Assembly: GCA_951406725.2 (NCBI GenBank)
Contig: OX597818.1
Span: 108,438,001 to 108,502,000 of the forward strand
DNA: 64,000 bases
Source: Octopus vulgaris
Lineage: Eukaryota
Direction of reading: 5' to 3'
The translations under genes were made by a program, and so were the position numbers. Below are positions 38,829-50,849 of the stretch, in pieces. The notes beneath the pieces were generated by a model, which worked only from the letters and a program-made list of their open reading frames with translations, was not told where the DNA came from and made no database searches. Every line of letters begins with the position of its first letter. The stretch's first letter is position 1.

Positions 38829-39632
38829 TATGTATGTATGTATGTATGTATGTATGCATGTATGTATGTATGCGTGTGTGTATGTATGTGTGTGTGTGTG
38901 TATGTAAACATTATTTTCCATTCTGCTGGAGACTGCTGCTGCTGCTGCTCCATATAATTTCATATGTATTTCTCTTATTTCAATTTTTAAATGGATAAAA
39001 TTAATTCTAGGAAAACAGTATTCATTTAATCTTGTTTTTCCACTCATATTCTCGAGGATAAATTCAATGCAAATTGTTAAACAGTAGAATGAACAAACGA
39101 ACGAACCCCCTCTGCATATGTCATTTGCATTTCATGGATTTACATTTAATAAATTCATAAATGGAAAGATTTCTTTCTAAACTTTCCAAACTTGAAGTTG
39201 TTTGAGTGTGAAAATTTTTCTGTACCAAGCATCTGAAGCCATTTGTACCTAACATTGGAATTCATTGGCATGGCTGCTTAAAGTATATCTGAGGCCCCTA
39301 ACCAAAGCACTGTATGCTCTAAACCCTTCAATGCTCTCACTTGAACACATTAAAACTAAGTTTCCCAATTAGGAAAGCTACGGTATTTCATTAGGAAAAA
39401 TTGATTTATAATTAGTGAACGGTTCAGTTAGTGAGGATACTGATTTTGAATTTACATAAAGGAATGATTCAGTTCCTGCTGTCTCCTTTGGTTGCCAAGG
39501 GGATTCTTTGAAAGTCTAAATCTAGAAAATAAAGGCTCCTTAATCCCACTGGTGATAATCCTGCACAGAAATGTTCAGTGTATGATTTTGCTCTGTATAT
39601 AGTGGAAACGTGTATATGTGTACACATACGTG

Positions 39633-39790
39633 CAGGAGTGGCTGTGTGTTAAGAAGCTTGCTTCCCAACCACATGGTCCTGGGTTCAGTCCCACTCTGTG
39701 GAATTTGGACAATTAGCTTCTGCTATAGCCTTGGGCCAACCAAAGCGCCTTGTGAATAGAATTGGTAGATGGAAACTGAAGGAAGCCTGT
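39633..39790 (+). mobile_element. SINE family D
   Basis: caggagtggctgtgtgttaagaagcttgcttcccaaccacatggtcctgggttcagtccc. Confidence 0.8.
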
Positions 39791-39811
39791 TATATGTGTG
39801 TATATATATAT

Positions 39812-39998
39812 AGTTAATCCAAACATGAACAAAGAGAAAACACAACAACGCGAGGACGTGGAACAAGTATATTGTTATTGGACGCTCAGGAAAGGAAAGA
39901 AAGAGGGAGGATTCAACGTTTTGAGCAGAGCTCTTCGTCAGAAATATAGAAAAAAGAAAAAGTCCAAAGAAGGGAAGACGGAGAAGGAAAATCGCCAA

Positions 39999-40000
<2 letters not shown>
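39812..40000 (-). mobile_element. (TA)n-embedded Penelope-type terminal fragment with a minimal HHR-like core
   Basis: Minus strand CTGACGA-AGAGC TCT GCTC-AAAACGTT at 39912-39941. Related downstream sequence (ctttcctgagcRtc) occurs at 44639-44740 on the plus strand. Confidence 0.6.
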
Positions 40001-40041
<41 letters not shown>

Positions 40042-40167
40042 GATATGACAGAAGTAAATAGACAGCCCATAAAACATTGTTTTATGTTTATTTTAACATG
40101 AAATGGTTCATATATTTTTATTAATGGACATTTTTAGGTTTCAGATTCTATATCTGACTTTTCAATT

Positions 40168-40820
40168 ATGCCACGTACAAAAGAAGCCTTGGAACTGTCC
40201 AAATTTCGAAGCAGCCATATTGTGGATTAATATGGAGGTGGACTTAGCGTAAAATTGCAGAAAACCTTGGGAGACCACTTTCTACAGTTAATGGGGTGAT
40301 GATTGTGCAATTCACTGGAGAGGGGAAGAAGTCCACATCATCATGCCCAGGTCAACCAGGGCCCTCTGACAGGACCCTTTGCTTTGTTAAGTTAAGTGTG
40401 GAGGATAATCCTCATTGCAAGGCCTCTGACATAGCAGAATAAGTTAGTGTCAGTCCCAGAACAGCTGTCAGGTATCTCCACAAACTTGGCTACAATGGCA
40501 GAGTAGCAAGAAGGAAGTCACTTCTTCAACCAGCCAATATGAAGTGAGGCAAAGATTGGGCCAGTGAGATGATGGAGTGACCGCTAGCATTTTGGGACAC
40601 TATCATATTCTCTGATGAGTCCAGTGGTCGAGTGTGGGCCTGGAGACTCTGTGATCAAGAATTCGACATGAAAAGATTGCTGCCGACAATGAAACATCAT
40701 GGCTATTCTGTGATGGTCTGGGGAGCAATTTTGAGTAGTGGTCAATCAGAGCTGGTGGAGTGTGAAGGAAATATAAGCTCAGATAAATACGTGTCCATAT
40801 TGCAGAAAGGACTCCACTGA
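40168..40820 (+). pseudogene. Tc1-family transposase relic
   Basis: MPRTKEALELSKF...[13 protein letters not shown] (HTH)...FWDTIIFSDES...PTMKHHGYSVMVWGAI...YVSILQKGL, with frameshifts and stops. Confidence 0.85.
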
Positions 40821-41074
40821 TATGGCATCTTTCAGCTTTTGCTAACAAAGAATGGAGCAGGAAAGAATGATGAAAGCAAGGGAATGGCAATGAAAAGAAT
40901 TGCCATCAATACATGATGGTTGGCAGCATGCACTGTTCCAACAAAATTGTGAGAAAACTTTTTAGTTTACAAAAATAGCTTTGCTGCATTTTCTTCAATC
41001 CTTTGCTGAAAATCATTTTTATAAGCAGTCATATATGCATCATTGTCAAAGTATTTTCTTTCTGATAAGTTGTG

Positions 41075-41458
41075 ATACCCATGCCAGCGGCACATAAAAA
41101 GTACCATCCGAATGTGGCCGATGCTAGTGCAGCTTTGACTGGCTTCTGTGCTGGTGGCACCTAAAAAGCACCAACCGATCGTGACCGCTGCCACCTCCCC
41201 AGGCACCTGTGCCGGTGGCACATAAAAAGCACCATCCGAATGTGGCCGATGCCAGCCTCCCCTGGCACCTGTGCTGGTAGCACGTAAAAAGCACCCACTA
41301 CACTCACAGAGTGGTTGGCGTTAGGAAGGGCATCCAGGTGCAGAAACACTGCCAGATCAGACTGGAGCCTGGTGCAGCCGCCTGGCTTCCCAGACCACAG
41401 TCAAACCGTCCAACCCATGCTAGCATGGAAAACGGATGTTAAATGATGATGATGATGA
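41075..41458 (+). mobile_element. RTE 3' tail with minisatellite
   Basis: About 4 units of ggcacataaaaagcacc.., then the family tail ending gatgatgatg. Confidence 0.85.
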
Positions 41459-42885
41459 AGTTGATCTAAAGTTGTCTGCAGGTTTTCAGCAGTTTTTTTT
41501 ATTTAAGTGGATAAATCTCAGAAAAGACTCTTTTATAAAAATTGTTTTCTTCTTCAAATCAATATCATCATAACAAACCATTCCAGATGTGATTTGCTTG
41601 TGTTTTGCTTCATCTTGAATAAAGCCAACCATGAGGCCAAGGTTATTTAGCCTTATCATCGAATGCCATTCAGCAATTTGTGACAAACAGTCGAATCCAT
41701 CAGTTGAATTTATTCCTTTTGCTCTTATGCAGAGAAATATGATATTCTTGCCATTTTCTTATCCACAAAATGGAGATGTGCTTCCATGACAAGATTAAAC
41801 TTTTGCCAACAATTTTCTTAACCCCAACCAAAATTCCCAGAATTGCTTTCCGCTTCCTGTTCTTAGAATTTCTCATCATCATGCAATGCAATTTTTTTTT
41901 TTTTTTTTTTTTTTGCTAAAATTTTATGCAATTGAGAATTCTGCAGAGAATATTTTTACCATTTTTGTTTTTGCTGATGTAATTTAAGCTTGAAGCTTTA
42001 TGTCAATTGATTTCTCTCTTTTTGAAAAGATTTCTATAACTCTTTGACCCACTGGGCCTTTCCTATTTGGAAAAAAATGCTTAGAATTCAAGATAAACAT
42101 TTTTGCCCCCATGGCACCTGATAAAATGAAATTTTTTTCAAAAAATATTTCCTAAAACCCCAAGAAACCTAAATCAAGATACTGAATCACACCTGGTTTA
42201 GGTTGGGCTGGAATTCCATATTCAAAGTTTTACCATTTTCTGTTTATAGAAGATACTCCTGCTTCTTGAAAGACAATTCTGTTCTCCATATGATGCACCA
42301 ACGAGGTGGTCTACACTTATTTTTTGGAGCATATTAAACTAACGAAAGACTATCTTGCTCAACAAATGGCATCATAGAACCATTTCATTTCTTTTGATCC
42401 CATTTTTAGCATTTTTATTTTCTTCCTTCTTTTCCTGTTTGTTTCTATTTTCACTCTCAGCAATGTTCTGAGCATTCTCTAAAGAAAGAATCTCTCTCTC
42501 TCTCTCACACACACACACACTTACATGTGTGTGTGTATGAGAGCATGTGTGTGTCTGTATGTATGAATGTATGTATATGTGCATATACATGTGTGCATAT
42601 ATACATGTGTGGATGTATGTATGTAAGTATGCATGTACATATGACTAAGATCACAACACTACCCCACCCCCGCTCCCTGAACGGCATGCCAGTCCACTGC
42701 AGGTTGGACCACTTTACAGCTGAGGGGACTGGGGAAAGGTGAAATGAAGTGTTTTGCTCAAGAATGCAATGCACCACTCAGTCTGTGAACTGAAACCATG
42801 ATCCTGTCATTGTTAGTGCAACACCTTAATCTCTAGCCCACACACTTCCCCATGTACACACACACAACACAACACAACACATACA

Positions 42886-42920
<35 letters not shown>

Positions 42921-43212
42921 GCATGTATGTTTGTATGTATGTATACTTACTCTAATTAAATATTTAAATATTAACTATCTTAAATATTTTAGATATTTTA
43001 AGAATTCTAAATGACTTGAGGTACTTCATCCTGCCTTGGTTTTTGTTGTCCTTTTCCCTCCAATATATCCCTCCTGCTGACTTGGAAGCCTACTACAGAT
43101 CCCAAGCTCCAGCCTCAACTGTGAACTCAGAACATAACAGATGACCAATTATAGCACTTACACAGCATACCTATTCCTCTAGATCAGTGAACTAAACTCC
43201 TCATATTCTTTG

Positions 43213-43247
<35 letters not shown>

Positions 43248-43258
43248 TATATAGAAGG

Positions 43259-43309
43259 AGCTTCTACAGGACTAGAACTGTTTCATTCAAGAGAAATCTT
43301 CAGGAAGCT
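43259..43309 (-). ncRNA. Type I hammerhead ribozyme motif (near-canonical)
   Basis: Minus strand AGCTTC-CTGAAGA-TTTC TCTT GAAT-GAA-ACAG TTCTAGTC CTGT-A-GAAGCT. 6-bp stem I, CUGANGA, stem II, GAAA, 4-bp stem III, GUA cleavage triplet. Confidence 0.75.
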
Positions 43310-43489
43310 AGTTAACAAGAATTGTATTGGCATTTATACATTTAGGCAGGTTTAAAGGGGTGTTGGTGGGGGACTTTTTGGGGGTAGGCATAGCGCAAAA
43401 TATCATACTTGGGGGAGTGGTCAAGGAGTCAGTGTTAAATTAGATAGAAGAATAAATAAAAAATAAAAAAAATATTAAAAAAAAATAAA

Positions 43490-43923
43490 AATATATATAT
43501 ATATATAAAAAAAAGGGGGAATAGAGTTTTAGGTAAATAAGGAGATTCTCACTTATACCTATGCACATATGTATACATATATACACACGCATACAAACAT
43601 ATATACATATACATACACACATACATACACACATACATACACACACATATATATATATATATATACACTTACACATACATATACATATCTACACATACAC
43701 ATATATGTATACATACACACACTCACATGCATACACGTATACACACATGTATATATACACACACACGACCACACATACATATACACACAGAAAAATATAT
43801 ATACACATACACACACATACTCACATACACACATACACACACACACATGCACACACAGCACACTAGTCCCTATATACACATATATACACATACACACATA
43901 TATACACACACATACATATACAT

Positions 43924-43973
<50 letters not shown>

Positions 43974-44382
43974 GTGTACCTATGCATACCTACACATACA
44001 CACATATATATATACACATACAAATACAGACCCATCCCCTAATTTTAATCTTATTATCTTCGTTTATTACTTTTGTTATCTTTGGCCGCTTGGTCACAAA
44101 CATCTTGGCTATGACAGCCAGTCCATTTGTCTGTCTACTGGAAAACAAGCACTCATTCACTCACGCACACTCTTTAGCACGTACACTCACTCATTCGTAC
44201 ACTCATACACATACACGCACGCACGCGTTATATTCATACATACATACATCTACATACATTCACGTATATACACATACGTACGCGTACCTACAGATTCATG
44301 TCTACACTCTTAGAAGGCTAGTCTATACATATACACCAATAAATATAAATACACACACATACACGTACACCTACATACAAAT

Positions 44383-44449
<67 letters not shown>

Positions 44450-44575
44450 CATATATATACACATATATACATACACATACATACATACACACATATATAC
44501 ACATATACACACATATACACATATATACACACATACACATACATACATATACACACATACACATACATACGTATG

Positions 44576-44637
<62 letters not shown>

Positions 44638-44638
44638 T
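43490..44638. repeat. Long (TA)/(CA)/(TACA)/(GATA) microsatellite region
   Basis: Directly visible. Confidence 0.9.
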
Positions 44639-44899
44639 AACGTAAAAGATTTTCTCACTTTCCTGAGCATCAAACTAGTACACCTGCTTGTTGTTTATAC
44701 ACCTGTCTTCATCTTTTGTTTTTCTGTAAACTTCAACTATATATATTTCGTTTTTGGATTTGGTTTGCAAGATTCTTTATTTGAGTTCGTGTGTTGAAGT
44801 CTATTCTGTTGTGTCTGGGGAGAGTCATTTTCCTGTTGTGCTTTATAACTTAACACACTCACCGGTAAAATTTCCACTTATTATTTTTATTTTCCTAAA

Positions 44900-44969
44900 A
44901 TTTTCGTCCCATCTTGCAAGCTTTTCAATAGTCAAGACTATTGAAAAGGTTGCAAGACGCGACGAAAAT
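44900..44969. repeat. 34-bp inverted repeat with 2-nt loop
   Basis: attttcgtcccatcttgcaagcttttcaatagtc-aa-gactattgaaaaggttgcaagacgcgacgaaaat; 3 mismatches. Confidence 0.9.
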
Positions 44970-46879
44970 CCATAGACATACCCACATACATCCAACTAAA
45001 TTGTTTCAACAACCCCACACACACACTTTTCTCTCCCCCACTCACCCTAATACCTTTAATTCCTCCCTCTCCTACACCCCTTGCTCTCTCTCCACTGCTA
45101 AATACTATTTCTGACATTCGATGCATCCTTCTGTTTTCTACAATCTCCAGCATCACTTTGCCTTCCTATTTCGATTATGTCAGGATATCCCACTGTTACC
45201 ATTCCTTTATCTTAATTTTAATCGTTGCTGTGATTGTGGGATTCGGAATCGATGTAGCACAATATGAAGAAAGGTGCACAGACACTCGTATTTCCTTAAC
45301 CCATCAAGTCCCACTGTCCTAGAAATAGGACACTAAATGAGAACATTGAATAAGCTATATCCCATTGTCTCAGTGTCCTATTTATACGACACGCAGTATT
45401 TCCATTTCTACTTGAAGGAAAGGAGTTTTAACAATTATCTTTTTCATTTTAACATATTTTCAATCATCTGTAAAAATTTAAAAGTAATATTCAGAAATTT
45501 AAGTCCTCTGGGACTTAATGGGTTAATATGGAAAGGATTTAAAGGACCATAACAATAAGTGAAAATTACCAAAAAGGTACGAAGAATGTTAAGACTGAAG
45601 AAAAAGAACTGATGGACGTTTATCTGTTTCAAACAACGATACTGATTTGAATCAGAAATACAAAACTTAAGGTTCACGAGCTGACCGCAACTCTAATTTT
45701 GCATCACATGTAAATCGCGAGTTTGTCATGCGTGCAGGCCCCAATTTCAGCCAATCAAAACTCATTTTTCATGTGATAAGTTCCAGAAAGTTCTTTCAGC
45801 GACGTGCTTATAAACAGAGCCTTTTGGCATGGGGAGCCAGAGGGGATTGGGACTCCGTTTCGTTACGGTCCCCTATGAATTCATCTCTCGTAGCTGTTTT
45901 CACAGTTTCATACTCAAATCCGTGGTTTTCTTCATAACTGTTTTTCACAGCTCTAGAGCAACTCGTAGATGGATTAAGAAATCAATGCAGCTAAACGTTT
46001 TTGCAGCGATATGAAAGGTCGACTTAATCATTAATTATTTGTGTAAGCTTTCGACACCTCTGAAATACGATGTTCATATAATATTGACGTTGTCTGTATT
46101 CTCATGAAACCTTGTAAAAAAAAAGATGTAGAATAAATGTTTTATATAAACTAACACCTGTAGTCTTTCTCATAACCAAACACTACAGGTAAATATTTAA
46201 AATAATGCAATTCTTTTGCAAAGGTTTTCTCATCCACTAAGAATTAGGGGTGAAGCGAAATGTTGATTATCGTCACCTTTTCTTTTACATGACTTTTTTT
46301 AGAGATCTTTGTTAGTAGGGTACCCTCAGAATGAAGGCTTACCCTTTTCCGGTGGAAAAGAAAAGAAAAAAAATATTCTTATTTTTATTTTTTCATGTTG
46401 AACTACTTAATTTCAGATGAAGTAAAATTAATGTTATTTCCCGGTTATGTCAGTTTCAAATGAATCCAATCGAATGTAAAAGAAGCTGTGCTGGGCCCCC
46501 GGGAGGTGGTAGAAAGCAACATTTAATACGTACAGCTATCAGGTAAATAATTAGTCATGAATTCATCCCATGCTAACTAAAGCATTTAACTATTTCTCTG
46601 ACTCCAACCTATTACGCAACACATATCAAACCAGGCTGCATCTCCAATCCATTCCCCATCACACCGCACCACACGTGCAGAGCATAAAAACAAGGAAAGC
46701 TGAGAGTCTTTCTAAACTTTTATCTTCCTTTACTAATGGCTTTGCTTATATCAAGGTTTGTTTTATGACTTCAGTTACATTAGCAAATGTTATGTTGCTC
46801 AGGTTAGTACGAAATCTCTGATGAAAAGGAAATGACTGGTAAGCGATAGCTGTATGGATATGTAACCACATGCATGTGG

Positions 46880-47650
46880 GGAGGAGGCGTGTGGCTTAGT
46901 GGGTAGAACATTCAGTTTGCAGTCATACGGTCGTGAGTTTGATTCCTGGCGGCGTGTCTCTTCCTTGGACAAGACACCTTATCTCATGGACCAAAGATTA
47001 TTTCCCAGCATAACATGGCAGTCCTGGTTTAGGACGAATGTTGCTGTAATTTAACCCCAGGAGACATTACAGCAACATTCGTCCTAAACCTGGACTGCCA
47101 TGTTATGTTGGCAAACAATCTTTACTCCAAAGTCCTGTTGCTGAATATCTCTCGTTGTGAGATTTAGAAATTGTAATTTCCACTTTATTTCACCTTGCTT
47201 CACTGCACACGAGCTGTACCAGTAATTCAAATGGGGTTAGCCTTGTCACATTCTGTGTCATGCAGCATCTCCTTGAGAACTATGTTAAGGATACGTGTGT
47301 CTATTGAAAGCAGCAAGCTGGCAGAAATGTTAGCACGCCGGGTGAAATGCTTAGCGGTATTTCATCTGCCGTTACGTTCTGAGTTCAAATTCCGTCGAGG
47401 TCGACTTTGCCTTTCATCCTTTCGGGGTCGATAAACTGAGTACCAGTTACGCACTGGGGTCGATGTAATCGACTTAATCCGTTTGCTTGTCTTTGTTTGT
47501 CCCCCCCCTGTGTTTAGCCCCTTGTGGGTAGTAAATAAATAGGTACGTGTGTCTGTGGAGCATTCAGCCACTTGCACATTAATTTTACAAGCAGGCTGTT
47601 CTGTTCATTGGATCAACTGGAACCATCATCGATGTAACCAATGGAGCATT
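46880..47650 (+). mobile_element. SINE family A hosting two nested insertions
   Basis: Head at 46883. Interrupted by the fold-back element (46987-47180) and by a family B SINE (47305-47543, TSD TACGTGTGTCT at 47292 and 47544). Confidence 0.8.
46987..47180 (+). mobile_element. Fold-back element copy 1 (internally deleted)
   Basis: Inverted arms aaagattattt..cataacatggcagtcctggtttaggacgaatgttgctgtaat plus one-sided tail. Flanking CACCTTATCTCA / CACTTTATTTCA. Confidence 0.85.
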
Positions 47651-48137
47651 AATTAACATACATTCGCGGCCAAAATGTCTGTGGTAGGTTTTATGAACAG
47701 GAAAACGTGGCGGATAAAATAATACGAATGACAGACTGAATAAGAAAGAAAAATAAAAGCTAACACAAAACTACGATATCTGTTCTTCTCTTACTTGTAT
47801 TCACACCTTGTGGGGTGACTGGTTATGTTACAACCTATCTACCACATCAGATGTGCTTATCTGCCACATCAGGTGTGGCAGATAAACTAATTTATTGCTG
47901 TTTTCAATGTAATATTAATAAAAGGAAGAGAAGAAACAGGAGAACGAAGAGGAAGAAGACGAAAGAAAAAATTTTAAGTAATTCTTTCTTCTTCTGCTAA
48001 TCTTCTAGTTCTGGCTACTACAGTGTGAACGTGATTAATATTTGTACTTGCAGACATAGAAAAACACAGAGAAGCAAATATGAACTTATGTAAGACTAAC
48101 TTTCTTGCACAAACACACACACACACAACACACACGC

Positions 48138-48174
<37 letters not shown>

Positions 48175-48347
48175 AGATTTGACTTTGGTGCTAGTTTCTA
48201 TCTCTTTCTATTATATAGACATCACCATCAACCACTGCATTCCAATGTCCACTGTTTAATACTAGTGAGAGTTAGATGTGTATGTCATCTATCGTATCAG
48301 TTCTCTTGCTCAAGGACTGGTGTAATTAGATTTTACTTCCTGCTACA

Positions 48348-48813
48348 TGTAGCGGGAACGTTCAACAGTCAGGTCACTAAATCAGATGTCGCGGTTCGCT
48401 CGAATATTACCCACATGACCAACGAAATCTGACCAATCACGACTTCGCCTAGAACTGGTTCCAGCAACAATACCATCTTTTCGTGCCTTTCTCTCTCAGC
48501 CTATCCATCAGTATATATTCCGTACATCTCAGCTACCTGACAAAGAGCACTGACAGGTGCCATACGAGAAATGGCCAACAACGACGACGGCAGACAGCAA
48601 CTGACAACACAAAAAACATTACAAGCAGTTTAGCACACTAACTCCTGCTACAACAACACCAAGAACAACAACAACAACAACGGAAACTCTCTCGACACAT
48701 TGTCGTTTGTAGTAACGATAATATTAGCTTTTTGTTCACAGGGAAATAAAAATTGTGTTTGTCAAAAGCCTCACCCTTCTCCTGTGTTCTTCGTACAACT
48801 GGTGATCCCGACG
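48348..48813 (+). mobile_element. Single LTR (~450 bp) followed by tRNA-Trp PBS, internal region missing
   Basis: TGTAG...TACA termini (48348-48797), TATA-like gtatatatt near 48511, AATAAA at 48745, then TGGTGATCCCGACG at 48800. Confidence 0.75.
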
Positions 48814-49220
48814 CAAGAAATAGGGCACATGTAACACACTCATCATTGTCTCATGGCTCCATCGATGCTCCTACGTATGTCGGTTGATGTTTGTGGCACC
48901 CACTCACTCCTATCAAACAACTTGTACTCCATCTTTTATGATGACTACAAATCCAATGGATCGTGCATGCCACATGTTATTCCAGGCTCAACACACAGAC
49001 ATACGCATGTAGATTTAAGAGAAACAATGTATGCTGGCCATTAGCAAAGTGATAGATTTCTTTTGAGTCAATGATGTAGAAATCAATTCAACGTACATAT
49101 AAATTGTTTGGCTCCGAAGTCAACCTAAGTTCAGCTCATTCCAGATTAGGACGTTTCAGCGGTGATGAACCCATCTTATTTACAGACATGGTATATCTTG
49201 GATTACAATATTCAATGTGT

Positions 49221-49582
49221 AGTAAAGATTGTTTGCCAACATAACATGGCAGTCCTGGTTTAGCACGAATGTTGTTGTAATTTAGCCCCAGCAGACATCG
49301 TCTTCAGCTGGCTAAAGGACATGATCTGTGCGCTTATATTTTCGAACTAAGGAGAAACAGATATTGTTTTGAGCTGAGCGGAAGGTACTAGATTCCCTTG
49401 TTTGAAAATATAAGGACACAGATCGTGTCGTACAGCCAGCTGGACACGATGTCTCCCGAGGCTAAATTACAGCACCATTCGTCCTAAACCAGGAATGCCA
49501 TGTTATGTTGGTAAACAATCTTTACTACAAAGTACTGTTGCTGAATATTTCACGTTGTAAGATTTAAAAATAGTAATTTTCT
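49221..49582 (+). mobile_element. Fold-back element copy 2
   Basis: ~130-bp inverted arms plus tail. Perfect 14-bp TSD AATATTCAATGTGT at 49207-49220 and 49583-49596. Confidence 0.9.
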
Positions 49583-49649
49583 AATATTCAATGTGTGCTT
49601 CACAATTAATAAAGTGATTGATTTCTTTTTCTACTTTTAATAGACGTCG

Positions 49650-50070
49650 TCTTGGTTATGTTGTAAGAAGCTTGCTTCCCAACCACATGGTTCCATTTTC
49701 AGTCCCACCATGTGGCTCCTTGGGCAAGTGTCCGCTACTATAGCTTCGGACCGACCAAAGTTTTGTAAGTAGATTTGGTAGACGGAAACTGAAAGAAGAC
49801 GGTCCTCTGTGTGTGGGTGGGTGGGTGTGTGAGTGTGTGTGTGTGTGTGTGCATGTGTGTGTCAGTGTTTGCCCCCCCCCCCACCGCTTGACAACCGGTG
49901 CTGCTGTGTCTACGTCCCTGCAACTTAGCAGTTCAGCAAAAAGTTTACAATAAAATAAGCACCAAGCTTAAAAAACAATAAGTACTTAGGTCAATTCATT
50001 CGACGAAAAATTCATCTGACTGAAGTGCTCCAGCATAGCCACAGTCTAATGAGTGAAACCAGGCAAAAAA
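49650..50070 (+). mobile_element. SINE family D, long form
   Basis: gtaagaagcttgcttcccaaccacatggttcc...ggaaactgaaagaag, then (TG)n and the 3' body. Confidence 0.75.
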
Positions 50071-50849
50071 ATAAAGGGTGGGTAGGTTAACTGCAAAGAT
50101 ACTAGGCGATAGCTCTTATTAATTTGTGAAGATATCCTAAGCATGAATTGCCGCGAGTAGAAAACTTCCAAGATCCCCAACACTTGAAATCCAAGGAATT
50201 ACAATAATCAAATTGAATGACAATGGTAAATGAGCAAGCTTCATTCTCGTCAAATGCTAATTAATAGAGCTGCCATTCTATTTCTCTATTAAACTAGTCA
50301 TTCAATAATTGAACTTAATTATTATTCTTATAAATAAAACTGGGGCTGAATGTATCAGGTTATTACTAATATATTGCAGACGCTGAGATCTTATAACTTC
50401 ATTAAATCAAATCCGGGTTTTTAAACAGACAAGAAGCATTTTATTGTGTACAGTTTAACCTCATGCTGTTAAGCAAAACTGAAGTATAAATATCAAGCTT
50501 ACATTTATACAATCATATCAACAGTCATATTCGATAACAATACAAATCTATAATTACTAACGTACGCGTGTATCTCACCTTGACCTTCAGCAAAAATTTG
50601 AGTTCAATTCAACCCTGTTGTCTTTTTTGCAATGTGTGAATGTGTCTACTTGAATAAAGAGAGGGAATCCTCAAGATAAAAATATTTACCCTGATACTTT
50701 GTTAAAGAAATACTTTCATTTTGTTTATCGTGCACCGTATGTGGGGGGTCAAGGTTTGTTTTTCTGAAGAAATGTGAAGAGACTTTAATTGCTAGAATAA
50801 TTCTTTCATTCTGTTTTATTTGCTCTGTAGTATGAGGAATGAGGTGCAA

